A stretch of DNA of 64,000 nt from Dehalococcoidia bacterium (GTDB taxonomy: Bacteria > Chloroflexota > Dehalococcoidia > Plut-88900). Positions 20,074 through 29,297 of this stretch are shown one piece after another; position 1 is the first letter of the stretch, and each line of letters opens with the position of its first letter. The stretch is taken from NCBI GenBank assembly GCA_965197645.1, contig OZ240219.1, forward strand, positions 960,001 through 1,024,000, written 5' to 3'. The notes under the pieces were generated by a model. It had not been told where the DNA came from and did not search any database. It saw nothing but the letters and a program-made list of their open reading frames with translations. Made by a program: the position numbers and the translations under genes.

Positions 20074-21168
20074 CTACTGGGCGTCTTTCACCAGCCCCAG
20101 AAAGCGGTCGAAGAGGTAGACGTTGTCACGGGGGCCGGGTGAGGCCTCCGAGTGGTACTGGATGGACAGGACGGGATATTCCCGGTGGGTGATGCCCTCG
20201 ACGGTGTCGTCGTTGGTGTTGATATGGCTTATTTCAACGGCGGCCGGCAGACCGGCGGCGTCCAGGGCGTAGCCGTGGTTCTGGGCGGTGATGTGGACCC
20301 GGTTCGTCGATAGGTCCTTAACGGGATGGTTGCCTCCCCGATGTCCGAACTTGAGCTTGAAGGTGTTGCCTCCCAAGGCCCGGCCCAGCATCTGATGGCC
20401 CAGGCATATCCCCATGACTGGCTTGACTCCTATGAGGGCCTTCACCGTGTCCGAAATTCTTCCCAAGAGGGCCGGATCGCCGGGGCCGGGAGAAAGCAGG
20501 AACCCGTCCGGGTCCAGGGCCAGGATGTCCTCGGCGGGTGTGGATGCTGGGACCACCTTCACCCTACAGCCCTTGCTCCTCAGGATGCGCAGGATGTTGA
20601 ACTTCAGCCCGTAGTCCAGAGCTACGATATCGCACCAGGGATCGGTCTCTTGGCGTGAGGAGTTCCAGTCGTAAAGCGAGGGAGTGGAAACGGTGGAGAC
20701 GAAGTCGTTGTCGTCATAGCGGGGCAGCTTGCCGAGCTGCTCGAGGGCGGCCTCGGCCGAATCGTCCAGCGTTATGATGCCCATCATCACACCGGAGGAG
20801 CGGAGACGCCGCGTTATGGCCCGGGTGTCCACCCCGCCCAACCCCACTATGTTTTGAGAGGCCAGGAACTCCGAGAGAGTACCGGTGCTGTTCCAGTGGC
20901 TGGGAACGTGGCAGTCCTCCCGCACGATTAGTCCCCGGACTTGGATACGCTTCGATTCCATGTCCTGTTCGCTGATGCCGTAGTTGCCCACGAGGGGGTA
21001 GGTGAGAACGACTATCTGGCCGGCGTAGGAGGGATCGGTAAGCACCTCCTGGTAGCCGGTCATAGTGGTGTTGAACACTACCTCGCCGTAGGAGGCGATG
21101 TCCGCTCCGAAGGTGTACCCCTCGAAGGCGGCGCCGTCCTCGAGTACCAGGCGGGCTGCCCTGCTCAT
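20074..21168 (-). CDS. carA: carbamoyl-phosphate synthase small subunit
   Basis: GEVVFNT.MTGYQE.LTDPSY, GICLGHQ, QNHGY, QYHSEASPGP. Confidence 0.98.
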   Translation of the reverse strand: MSRAARLVLEDGAAFEGYTFGADIASYGEVVFNTTMTGYQEVLTDPSYAGQIVVLTYPLVGNYGISEQDMESKRIQVRGLIVREDCHVPSHWNSTGTLSEFLASQNIVGLGGVDTRAITRRLRSSGVMMGIITLDDSAEAALEQLGKLPRYDDNDFVSTVSTPSLYDWNSSRQETDPWCDIVALDYGLKFNILRILRSKGCRVKVVPASTPAEDILALDPDGFLLSPGPGDPALLGRISDTVKALIGVKPVMGICLGHQMLGRALGGNTFKLKFGHRGGNHPVKDLSTNRVHITAQNHGYALDAAGLPAAVEISHINTNDDTVEGITHREYPVLSIQYHSEASPGPRDNVYLFDRFLGLVKDAQ

Positions 21169-22550
21169 TCCGCGCTCGATCTCCTTGACTCCTTGTAACC
21201 GGGTCGGAAGCCCCTATCGAGAGCCTGCTCGGGGGATTCGAAGAACACGATGTTGTTCTTGACCAGTCTTCGAGCGGTAAATCGGTCTGCCCGGTGAAAC
21301 ACCCTGGTCTTCGAGCTGCCAGCGGATTCGGGACGGCTCCCCCAGCTGCAGTAGACACATCTCAGAACGGCCGGCTTGTCCGAGGTCAGCAGGAACTCGG
21401 GGGTCGCGTAGGTGGTCTCGTGGTTGGTGACGCAGTTTTGGTTGGTGCAGCGGATGCCCTCCGCGTTCTTGTAGACGGGATACTCCACCGGCTTGACGAA
21501 CCGGTTCGGCGTTTCCTTTATACTCGGGTTCTGGGTACCGAGGGTGAGTGCCAACAGGGCCATCCTTATGGGTACGCCGTAAGCGGCCTGCTTGAAGTAC
21601 ATGCTGCGGGGGTCCTCGTCCAGCTCGTGGGCGATCTCATCGACACGCGGAAGGGGGTGCATGACGAGGGTGTTCTTGAACTCGGGCCTCGTCATCATCT
21701 TGCGATCGAGCTTGAAGTAGGAGTCCTCGGACTGTTCGTTTTCGCCGTGCCGCTCCCTTTGCAGTCTCGTTGCGTAGAGCGCATCGGTACCGGCCAGTTT
21801 GACCTCGATGTTGACCTCAGGGAGCATCGCCAGCGTGTGGGACCTGTCCGGGGTCTGATAGATGGCGTCGAGGCCACCCAGCTCCGCTTCTTCGAGAGAG
21901 TTCGAGGCGATGTCCGCACCCTCTTCTATCGTGCCGATGTACTCCCGGCGAAGTTTCTCCTTTACGTATTCGGGCAGCTCATAGCCTTTGGTGGAGATGA
22001 AGACTATGTTGGCCCCGAAACGGGCCAGGGCGTATATCAGCGAGTGAGCGGCCCGGCCGCTCTTCAGGTCTCCGCATACGGCGACAGTGAGGTCTTCGAT
22101 CCTGCCCTTCTCCCTTCGAAGGGTGTAGAGGTCGCAGAGGGTCTGGGTGGGGTGCTCGTGGCTGCCGTCGCCGGCATTGATGACGGGCACGCCGGCGTAG
22201 TTGGACATTGCCCGGGCCGCACCCTCCCAGGGGTGGCGTACCACGATAAGGTCCACGTAGCTGCCGACTATCCTGGCCGTGTCCGCCAGGCTCTCCCCCT
22301 TGACGATGGAAGAGGAGCTGACGTCGGCTGCCGTTACCACGCTGCCGCCCAGCTTGTGCATAGCGGTCTCGAAGGAGAGGCGGGTCCGGGTGCTGGGCTC
22401 GTAGAAGAGGCTGGCCATAACCAGGCCCTTGCACAGCTCGGAGTAGGCCCGGGACCCGGATTCCATCTCGTCGGCCAGGGAAAAGACGGCTTCCGTCTCC
22501 GAAGTGGAGAGGTCATCCGTGGTCAGGAAGCTTCGCTCCTTCAACGACAT
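21165..22550 (-). CDS. pyrB: aspartate carbamoyltransferase fused to a PyrI-type Zn domain and an Ada-like C-terminal domain
   Basis: FYEPSTRTR, HPTQ, MHPLPR. C-terminal RCTNQNCVT...LRCVYC, then FHRAD...NIVFFESPEQALDRGFRP. Confidence 0.93.
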   Translation of the reverse strand: MSLKERSFLTTDDLSTSETEAVFSLADEMESGSRAYSELCKGLVMASLFYEPSTRTRLSFETAMHKLGGSVVTAADVSSSSIVKGESLADTARIVGSYVDLIVVRHPWEGAARAMSNYAGVPVINAGDGSHEHPTQTLCDLYTLRREKGRIEDLTVAVCGDLKSGRAAHSLIYALARFGANIVFISTKGYELPEYVKEKLRREYIGTIEEGADIASNSLEEAELGGLDAIYQTPDRSHTLAMLPEVNIEVKLAGTDALYATRLQRERHGENEQSEDSYFKLDRKMMTRPEFKNTLVMHPLPRVDEIAHELDEDPRSMYFKQAAYGVPIRMALLALTLGTQNPSIKETPNRFVKPVEYPVYKNAEGIRCTNQNCVTNHETTYATPEFLLTSDKPAVLRCVYCSWGSRPESAGSSKTRVFHRADRFTARRLVKNNIVFFESPEQALDRGFRPGYKESRRSSAE

Positions 22551-23113
22551 CAGATGGTGGTGCCCGCTACGGATTCAGGGGCCTTTTGCGTGAGTAGGAC
22601 TTCTTCGGTTTGATCGGTCTCCATCAGCTTCACCTTGATGATTTCGGACAGGGAGGTCGGCACGTTTCGACCGACGTAGTCAGCCCGAATGGGAAGCTCT
22701 CTGTGCCCCCTGTCGACCAGCACCGCCAGTTGCACCCGCTTGGGCCTGCCCAGGCGGGTAAGGGCATCCAGGGCCGCTCGTATAGTGCGTCCCGTGAACA
22801 GCACGTCGTCGAAGAGGACCACGTTCCTATCGGCTACGCCAACGGGAATCTCGGTATTCATCACCAGCGGCCACTGAGCGATGGTGGAGAGGTCATCCCT
22901 GTACAGCTGGATGTCCAGGACCCCTACGGGTACCTTGACGCCGTTCAGCCGGCTGAGGATGTCCGCTACCCGATTTGCCAGGGGCACACCTCGGGTCCTG
23001 ATTCCGACCAAAAGCAGATCGCTGAGGTCCTTGTGCTGCTCGACTAGCTCGTGAGATATGCGGCGCAGAGACCGGTCTATCTCCTCCGCCGACATTACTA
23101 CCTGGTCCGCCAT
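22550..23113 (-). CDS. pyrR: pyrimidine operon attenuation protein / uracil phosphoribosyltransferase
   Basis: GIRTRG.PLA, LDI.LYRDDL, DDVLFTGRT, DRGHRELPIRADYVG. Start MADQVV at 23113. Confidence 0.96.
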   Translation of the reverse strand: MADQVVMSAEEIDRSLRRISHELVEQHKDLSDLLLVGIRTRGVPLANRVADILSRLNGVKVPVGVLDIQLYRDDLSTIAQWPLVMNTEIPVGVADRNVVLFDDVLFTGRTIRAALDALTRLGRPKRVQLAVLVDRGHRELPIRADYVGRNVPTSLSEIIKVKLMETDQTEEVLLTQKAPESVAGTTI

Positions 23114-23145
23114 AAAAAGAACCCCTAGCCCGAGGCGGCAAGGGG
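23114..23145 (-). terminator. attenuator hairpin + U-tract directly before pyrR
   Basis: Minus strand CCCCTTGCC...GGCTAGGGG followed by TTCTTTTT and then ATG. Confidence 0.7.
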
Positions 23146-23173
23146 TCAAGAATCGACTGGGAGCGGGGGGCTA

Positions 23174-23204
23174 CCTTGCCAGCCTCACTGGACTGATTTA
23201 AAGG
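23174..23204 (-). promoter_or_regulatory. PyrR-binding RNA element
   Basis: Minus strand CCTTTAAATC-AGTCCAGTGAGGCT-GGCAAGG matches the UUUAA plus ARUCCNGNGAGGYU consensus. Confidence 0.9.
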
Positions 23205-23236
23205 CTACCTGTGGCCGTGCTTTTGAATTTGAGGAG

Positions 23237-23265
23237 ATATTAACAGGTTCGGACCTTCGCATCAA
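23237..23265 (-). promoter_or_regulatory. pyr operon promoter
   Basis: Minus strand TTGATG-17 bp-TAATAT. Confidence 0.6.
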
Positions 23266-23318
23266 GCCGGATTTGAAGTCTTGAGAGAGTGAATCTACGA
23301 ATCCTACAGCGGCGTCTG

Positions 23319-23347
23319 TTGACCCTGCTACAACGTCTTTCTATACT
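23319..23347 (+). promoter_or_regulatory. promoter of the RidA-family gene
   Basis: TTGACC-17 bp-TATACT, AGGAGG RBS. Confidence 0.7.
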
Positions 23348-23388
23348 CGGCCCGTCCTTGCAAGGGAAAGCTAAGAAGGAGGGGTTAC

Positions 23389-23805
23389 ATGGAAAAGCAG
23401 CGGATCATGCCCGAGGGACACTGGGACTGGCCCATACCCACGCCCTTTTCCCAGGGTTGGCGGGTTGGCAACACGATATGGGTCGGGGGGCAGATCTCGG
23501 CCGACCCGAATGGAAAAGCGATAGGCGCGGGCGACATCGAGACCCAGACCCGTAACGTGTTCGAGAACATCAAGACCATACTGAACCAGGGCGGCGCCGA
23601 GATGAAGGACATCGTCAAGCTGAACACCTTCTACGTGTGCAACGAGACGGGCGAGGCCCAGCGGCTGTTCTGGGAGAAGATGACCAAGGTGAGGTTGGAG
23701 TACATCGCCGACCCGGGCCCGGCCGCCACGGCCATTCCCGTACCCTCCCTGGCCATCAAAGACCTGCTCATAGAGGTGGACGCCGTAGCAATAGTGAACG
23801 AGTAA
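23389..23805 (+). CDS. RidA/YjgF family protein
   Basis: FSQG.RVG..IWVGGQ, QT..VFENI..IL..GG, IEVDAVA. Confidence 0.9.
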   Translation: MEKQRIMPEGHWDWPIPTPFSQGWRVGNTIWVGGQISADPNGKAIGAGDIETQTRNVFENIKTILNQGGAEMKDIVKLNTFYVCNETGEAQRLFWEKMTKVRLEYIADPGPAATAIPVPSLAIKDLLIEVDAVAIVNE

Positions 23806-23815
23806 AACGGACCTG

Positions 23816-24087
23816 CAGGGTGCTCGAAAACCCTTTCGACCATCCTCCTAGCCACTTCCTGGTGAGGAGGGGGAAAAGAGATAGGTTCTGAAAGACACCC
23901 CTTCGGCGGGCTCAAAGCAGTCCCTCAGACTCCAAGCAAAGGGTCTTCGCCCCTCTGCACACCCCGCATTCCACCAGCCCTTGTTAATCGTCTCGGGGAG
24001 TCCAGAGGGCTTCCCTCTGGCAGGGGGTCTGGGGGACGTGCCCCCAGATATAAAACGTCCCAGGGCGGGTGGGAGGGAAGAACCACC
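23816..24087. repeat. composite intergenic repeat: degenerate MITE-like unit plus an inverted copy of the MITE core
   Basis: 23995-24047 reverse-complements to CTGGGGGCACGTCCCCCAGACCCCCTGCCAGAGGGAAGCCCTCTGGACTCCCC, matching 861-915. 23887-23967 matches 31792-31840 and 33451-33518. Confidence 0.7.
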
Positions 24088-24260
24088 TTGACACTGGGAA
24101 GGCGATTTTTGTATTCTAGGCTTGTTATGGTCCCCGAGAGCTAGACGCCAGTCTCTCCAGGGGATTTTTTGTGGCAGCGGTGGCGGAGCTGCCCTCAGGC
24201 GTCATTACCTCTGGTGTTAAGACGGCTACCACCCCATACGAGGCGCGAGGAGGAGATGTT

Positions 24261-25439
24261 ATGAAAATGACCCTATCCTGCATCAAGGCGGACGTCGGCT
24301 CCATCGGCGGGCACACCAAGCCTTCTCCTAAGATGATCGCCTCGGTGGAGTCCGAGGTGCAGAAAGCCATCGGCTCGGGCCTGATCATCGATGGGTACAC
24401 CTCCCATACAGGGGACGATATCGCCATGGTGATGACCCACACCAGAGGCGCCGACGACACTGACGTGCACCAGTTCGCTTGGGACACGTTCATCGGCGCC
24501 ACGGGGATCGCCCAGGAGACGGGGTTATACGGAGCCGGGCAGGACCTTCTGGTGGACGCACCCTCGGGGAACGTGCGGGGGGCTGGGCCGGCGGTGGCGG
24601 AGATGGAGTTCGAGCACAACCCCATCAAGACCAACAAGGCACGTCCGGCGGAGTCCTTCTGCTTCTTCGCAGCGGACAAGTGCGGGCCCGGGGCGTACAA
24701 TCTACCCTTGTTCCTCGCCTTTGCCGACCCGATGTACTGCGCCGGCCTGATGCTGCCCAAGATGATCAAGGGGTTCAGGTTCGACATCATCGACATGGAC
24801 AACACCGATGGGGACAGCATCATCGAGCTGAACCTCCCGGAGGACTACTACAAGGCCGCCATACTGCTGCGTGACAACGAGCGATTCGCCATCGAGTCTA
24901 TCCACTCCCGCACGGAAGATGAGGTAGCGGTATCGATCTCCGCCCAACGGCTGCACAACATCGCCGGGACCTACACCGGCAAGGACGACCCCGTGGCCCT
25001 GGTGCGGAACCAGGGCATATTCCCGGCGCCGGAGGAGCTGCTGTCGCCCTTCGCCAAGGCCCACTACATCGGCGGCGACGCCCGGGGCTCCCACGTCATG
25101 CCGCTGATGCCGGTGGCCATCAACACCGCGGTGACCGGCATCTACTGCCTGCCGCTGGTCTCGTGCATCGGCTTCTCGATGGACGCTGACGGCCGGTTCT
25201 CCGAATCGACGGTGGACTTCTTCGATAACGTGGCATGGGACAACGTGCGGATCAAGGCCCAGGAGAAGGGGATGGCGATGCGAGACCAGGGTTGGTCGGG
25301 CGCCGCCATGCTGCCCTACACCGAGCTGGAGTACAGCGGGTTCCGGAACGTGGTGGAAGACCTGGTAGGCAGGTTCGAGATCCGGGACGGCCACCTGACC
25401 TCCGAAGAAGCTGCGGCAGCCGTCGAGCAGCCTGGCTAG
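24261..25439 (+). CDS. fbp: bifunctional fructose-1,6-bisphosphate aldolase/phosphatase (class V FBPase)
   Basis: SCIKADVGSIGGH, GDDI, GLYGAGQDLL, GNVRG.GP, YTGKDDP (catalytic Tyr/Lys loop), RGSH. GGAGGAG RBS before ATG 24261. Confidence 0.94.
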   Translation: MKMTLSCIKADVGSIGGHTKPSPKMIASVESEVQKAIGSGLIIDGYTSHTGDDIAMVMTHTRGADDTDVHQFAWDTFIGATGIAQETGLYGAGQDLLVDAPSGNVRGAGPAVAEMEFEHNPIKTNKARPAESFCFFAADKCGPGAYNLPLFLAFADPMYCAGLMLPKMIKGFRFDIIDMDNTDGDSIIELNLPEDYYKAAILLRDNERFAIESIHSRTEDEVAVSISAQRLHNIAGTYTGKDDPVALVRNQGIFPAPEELLSPFAKAHYIGGDARGSHVMPLMPVAINTAVTGIYCLPLVSCIGFSMDADGRFSESTVDFFDNVAWDNVRIKAQEKGMAMRDQGWSGAAMLPYTELEYSGFRNVVEDLVGRFEIRDGHLTSEEAAAAVEQPG

Positions 25440-25469
25440 ACCGGGGCCGGCATCCAATTCGGGCCCACT

Positions 25470-26090
25470 TTGAGCCAGAGGTTGAAGCTTCTGCTGGGCA
25501 CCCAGAACCGGGGCAAGATACGGGAGCTCGAAGAGCTTATCGGCGACGGGGATGTCCGCATTACCACCCCGTTCGAAGAGGGCGTCGATCTGCCCGTGGA
25601 AGAGACGGGAGCGACTTTTCACGAGAACGCCTCCATAAAGGCTAAGACCTATGCGGCGCGCTCGGGCCTCGTTACGCTGGCTGATGACTCCGGACTGGTG
25701 GTAGACGCCCTGGACGGCGCGCCGGGCGTGTACTCGGCGAGGTACGCAGGCCTCCAAGTCAGTGATAGAGATCACTACGAGCTCCTGTTGGAAAACCTGG
25801 CGGGCGTGCCTGATGACAGACGATCCGCTCGTTTCGTCAGCGTGGTGGCCATCGCAACTCCCGCCGGAAACATAGAGCTATGCGAAGGGACCTGCGAAGG
25901 TATAGTGGGTACCCGTCCGGAAGGCGAAGGCGGCTTCGGCTACGACCCCGTCTTCTACATCCCGGAGCTGGAGAAGACCATGGCACAGCTGACCCTCGAA
26001 GAGAAGAACCGGATAAGCCACAGGTCTCGAGCGTTTCGCAAGGCAGCGCCTGTGGTGGAGCGAGTCCTCCGAGAGTGGGACGCTCGGTGA
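25470..26090 (+). CDS. rdgB: non-canonical purine NTP pyrophosphatase
   Basis: T.N.GK..E, ADDSGL, PGVYSARYAG, GFGYDP.F, KNRISHR. Confidence 0.95.
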   Translation: MSQRLKLLLGTQNRGKIRELEELIGDGDVRITTPFEEGVDLPVEETGATFHENASIKAKTYAARSGLVTLADDSGLVVDALDGAPGVYSARYAGLQVSDRDHYELLLENLAGVPDDRRSARFVSVVAIATPAGNIELCEGTCEGIVGTRPEGEGGFGYDPVFYIPELEKTMAQLTLEEKNRISHRSRAFRKAAPVVERVLREWDAR

Positions 26091-26187
26091 TCCCCCGGAT
26101 ACGGGCCGTATCGACCTTTCCGGCATCCAAATAAGACTACAGCTTCGACGCTAAAGGCCAAACGCAGAGACAATGGAAGGGATGACC

Positions 26188-26667
26188 ATGGATGCGCGGC
26201 TGAGCCACATAGATGAGCAGGGCCAGGCCAAGATGGTGGATGTCTCCTCCAAGCCCGATACGGAGCGGGTGGCGCTGGCAAAGGGTGTAGTGACGATGAA
26301 GCCATCGACGCTCCAGCTTATCGAAGAAGGGGGCATTTCCAAGGGAGACGTGCTCTCGGTAGCCAGGGTGGCTGGGATCATGGCGGCCAAGAACACCCCC
26401 TACCTGATACCCATGTGCCATCCCCTTCTCCTTACCGATATATCGGTGGAGTTCCATCCGGACCGGGAGAACAGCACCATCGAGATCTCCGCCACCGTCA
26501 AGACGACGGGCAAGACCGGCGTCGAGATGGAGGCCCTGACCGCCGTTACCGGAAGCGCTCTGACCATCTACGACATGTGCAAGGCCGTCGATCGGGGTAT
26601 GAAGGTCCAGAACGTGCGGCTCGTGCGGAAGAGCGGCGGCAAGAGTGGCGCCATCGAGCTGGAGTAA
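26188..26667 (+). CDS. moaC: cyclic pyranopterin monophosphate synthase
   Basis: LSHID..G.AKMVDVS.K, LIPMCHPL, TGVEMEAL, YDMCKAVD, KSGGKSG. Confidence 0.96.
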   Translation: MDARLSHIDEQGQAKMVDVSSKPDTERVALAKGVVTMKPSTLQLIEEGGISKGDVLSVARVAGIMAAKNTPYLIPMCHPLLLTDISVEFHPDRENSTIEISATVKTTGKTGVEMEALTAVTGSALTIYDMCKAVDRGMKVQNVRLVRKSGGKSGAIELE

Positions 26668-26958
26668 TCGATACCTCCAGTCCACCCCCTCCCCGGTCCC
26701 CTTGTGATCTTCTCCAAGTATCTTCTCGCGGCCTGGAGACAACGGTTAGGGGCGGCTTGTGAGAGAAACGGGCATCCAACCGACCATCCGCAAGACACGG
26801 CGCGATCTGCGCCCTCTTGCAATATGCAAGGCGTGAGAGACCACTATCTTTACGGCCGTGTCGGGGTTACTACTTTGACAGCGATGCTGGTATCCTTGGA
26901 TGGCTCATTAAGTACAACCAACCTGCATGAAACTGCACGCTAGCAGAGGTGAGACTCT

Positions 26959-28299
26959 ATGACCAGGTACCTTGGCAAGAGATGGCTGGCTATCATAGCC
27001 GTCGTGGCACTGGTGGGCTTAGCGTGTGGCGCCTCCGCCACGCCTACTCCTGAACCATCCACTCCCACGTCGACGCCTGAACCGACCCTGGAGCCGGCCA
27101 GTACCCCCGATCCAACGCCTACTCCTGAACCAACAGCCGCCCCGTCCCCCGATCCTACCGCCACGCCGGTTCCCGAGCCGGAAACCCCGAAGACGTACCA
27201 ATGGGAGTTCTTCGACATCGGCGAAGGGGCCAAGCCCGCCCTGGCGGTGAACAGCAAGGACGAGCCCGGCATTGTGTACATGCAGGAGAGCAAGAAGCAC
27301 GGATACGTCAAATACGCCGCGTGGAACGGCAACGGGTTCGACGTCTCCGACGTTGCCGACGGGTACTTCTACGGTCCGCCAGGTATGGACTTCGGCCTGG
27401 ACGACGAGCCCCACGTCACCTGGCACGATCACCAGGACCTGACCAGCTTCAGGCCGGACCTGGGGGACGCCGTCCAGGCAGTGCTGGTGGACGGCGAGTG
27501 GAAGCTCGAGCCGGTGTTCGACGTGGGCCACGATGGCTGGGACAACTCGATCAAAGTGGACGATCAGGGCAGGGTGCACATGACCGCTACGGACCCGGCC
27601 CAGTTCCGCAGCACCCAGGGGATCCAGTACTACCTGAAGGAGGACGGCGAATGGACGGTGGAGTCCATCGGCAGTGTGCCCCTCAACTACGAATGGGGCA
27701 ACTCGCTCCAGATAGACTCGAACGGAACGCCGCACGTCACCTATCACGATCACAACGACGCCGACCTGTACTACGCAACCAAGGCGGAGGAAGGTTGGCA
27801 GATCGAACTGGTTGATTTCCTGGGCGACGTGGGCAAGTTCTCGTCGATGCAGCTGACCAGCCAGGACAAACCCAGGGTCTCTTATCTGAAGCTGGACGGA
27901 CCCACCAGCGGCGACGCCTCCGGCACCGTCAGGTACGCCTGGTTCGAGCCTGCGCCCGAAGGCTGGCCCAGCTGGAACGTAGAGGACGTGGATACCCTGG
28001 ACAACATCTTCACCGGGTTTTTCGGCGCCCGCCTGATCACCTCCATCGCACTGGACGATGATGATAACCCGATAATCGTCTACTCGGACCAGAGCGTGAT
28101 CAAGCTGGCGTACCAGGTACAGTTCCAGTGGCATATCGAGACCATCGTGGAGGCCGGTGACCTGCCCTTCGGACAGCTGGTGGCCATGGAGAGAGGCTCG
28201 GACGGGACGATACACCTGAGCTATACGGAGATTACAGCAAGAGAGCCGCCGGGGATCACGGGGATGGTGAAGTATGCCCGGGGAACGCCTCTGAACTAG
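26959..28299 (+). CDS. lipoprotein with a Pro/Thr-rich linker and a beta-propeller-like repeat domain
   Basis: Lipobox VGLAC, (P/T)n linker, repeats of W..E.V....G...S...D..G.PH..Y. Confidence 0.75.
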   Translation: MTRYLGKRWLAIIAVVALVGLACGASATPTPEPSTPTSTPEPTLEPASTPDPTPTPEPTAAPSPDPTATPVPEPETPKTYQWEFFDIGEGAKPALAVNSKDEPGIVYMQESKKHGYVKYAAWNGNGFDVSDVADGYFYGPPGMDFGLDDEPHVTWHDHQDLTSFRPDLGDAVQAVLVDGEWKLEPVFDVGHDGWDNSIKVDDQGRVHMTATDPAQFRSTQGIQYYLKEDGEWTVESIGSVPLNYEWGNSLQIDSNGTPHVTYHDHNDADLYYATKAEEGWQIELVDFLGDVGKFSSMQLTSQDKPRVSYLKLDGPTSGDASGTVRYAWFEPAPEGWPSWNVEDVDTLDNIFTGFFGARLITSIALDDDDNPIIVYSDQSVIKLAYQVQFQWHIETIVEAGDLPFGQLVAMERGSDGTIHLSYTEITAREPPGITGMVKYARGTPLN

Positions 28300-28321
28300 T
28301 ACAGACTAGCCAGACCTGGAG

Positions 28322-28370
28322 AGGCCCGCCGTGTTGCGTTCTTCGAAACGCAGGCGGGCCTTTTCTTTCT
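28322..28370 (+). terminator. rho-independent terminator
   Basis: AGGCCCGCC...GGCGGGCCT followed by TTTCTTTCT. Confidence 0.75.
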
Positions 28371-28449
28371 GGGGATTGCATCCGCATGCTCGCCTATTCC
28401 TGGGTTAGGTGCGCCAGGGGGACTCCGATAGGATGATGGCGCTAAGGCC

Positions 28450-29280
28450 CTATACGGTCACGTTATCTATAAGCCGGGTTTCGCCTATCCATACGGCCAG
28501 AGACACCAGGACCCGTCGGTCTATGGTGATCAGCTCGTCCAGTGTCTCGGAGTCGGCAACGCTCACATAGTCCAGCCTCGCCAGGGGTTCCGAGCCGATC
28601 AGGCCGGTGACGGCGTCCTTGACGGCCTGTACCCGGGTCTCGCCTTCGCCAATCATATCTCGAGCCTTGCTCAAGGACCGATAGAGTACGACGGCGGCCT
28701 TCCGCTCGTCGGGGCCCAGATAGACGTTGCGGCTGCTTATGGCCAGCCCGTCAGGCTCCCGCACCGTCGGCACCCCCACGATCTCCATGTCCATGTTCAG
28801 ATCGGCCACCATCTTCCTGATCACCCTGATCTGTTGAGCGTCTTTGTCGCCGAAGTAGGCCCGGTGAGGCTGCACGACGTTGAACAGCTTTGCCACAACG
28901 GTGGCTACACCGAGAAAATGCCGGGGCCTGGACTCCGCTTCGAGGCCCCGGGTGAGGGCGCCCACCTCGATCCAGGTATCGAAGGTCACCGGATACATCT
29001 GCTCCTCCGACGGCGCCAGTACCAGGTCGACCTCCTCCCTCTCAAGCATCTCCAGGTCTCGTTCCAGGTCTCGTGGATAGGTCTTCAGGTCCTCGGTAGG
29101 GCTGAACTGGGTGGGGTTGACGAAGATGGAGACCGCTACGCAATCGTTCCCAGCCCTGGCGTAACGCACCAGGGCGAGGTGACCTTCGTGGAGGTAGCCC
29201 ATGGTCGGCACCAGGCCAAGGGCGCCGGTTACCTTACTTCGGGAGCGACGAAATTGGGCTATGGTCTCGATGATTTCCAT
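28450..29280 (-). CDS. panC: pantoate--beta-alanine ligase
   Basis: VPTMGYLHEGH, SIFVNPTQF, RP.HF.GV, SSRN, RLIDN. Start MEIIET at 29280. Confidence 0.96.
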   Translation of the reverse strand: MEIIETIAQFRRSRSKVTGALGLVPTMGYLHEGHLALVRYARAGNDCVAVSIFVNPTQFSPTEDLKTYPRDLERDLEMLEREEVDLVLAPSEEQMYPVTFDTWIEVGALTRGLEAESRPRHFLGVATVVAKLFNVVQPHRAYFGDKDAQQIRVIRKMVADLNMDMEIVGVPTVREPDGLAISSRNVYLGPDERKAAVVLYRSLSKARDMIGEGETRVQAVKDAVTGLIGSEPLARLDYVSVADSETLDELITIDRRVLVSLAVWIGETRLIDNVTV

Positions 29281-29297
29281 AGGACGAGGGTGAGGTG

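Noticed and set aside
24261-25439. Archaeal-type FBP aldolase/phosphatase as a sign of novelty or HGT
   Set aside because: Already known from Chloroflexota and other deep-branching bacteria, so expected here
27030-27190. Short repetitive DNA in the lipoprotein gene
   Set aside because: Encodes an ordinary Pro/Thr linker (PTPTPEP), common in Chloroflexota lipoproteins
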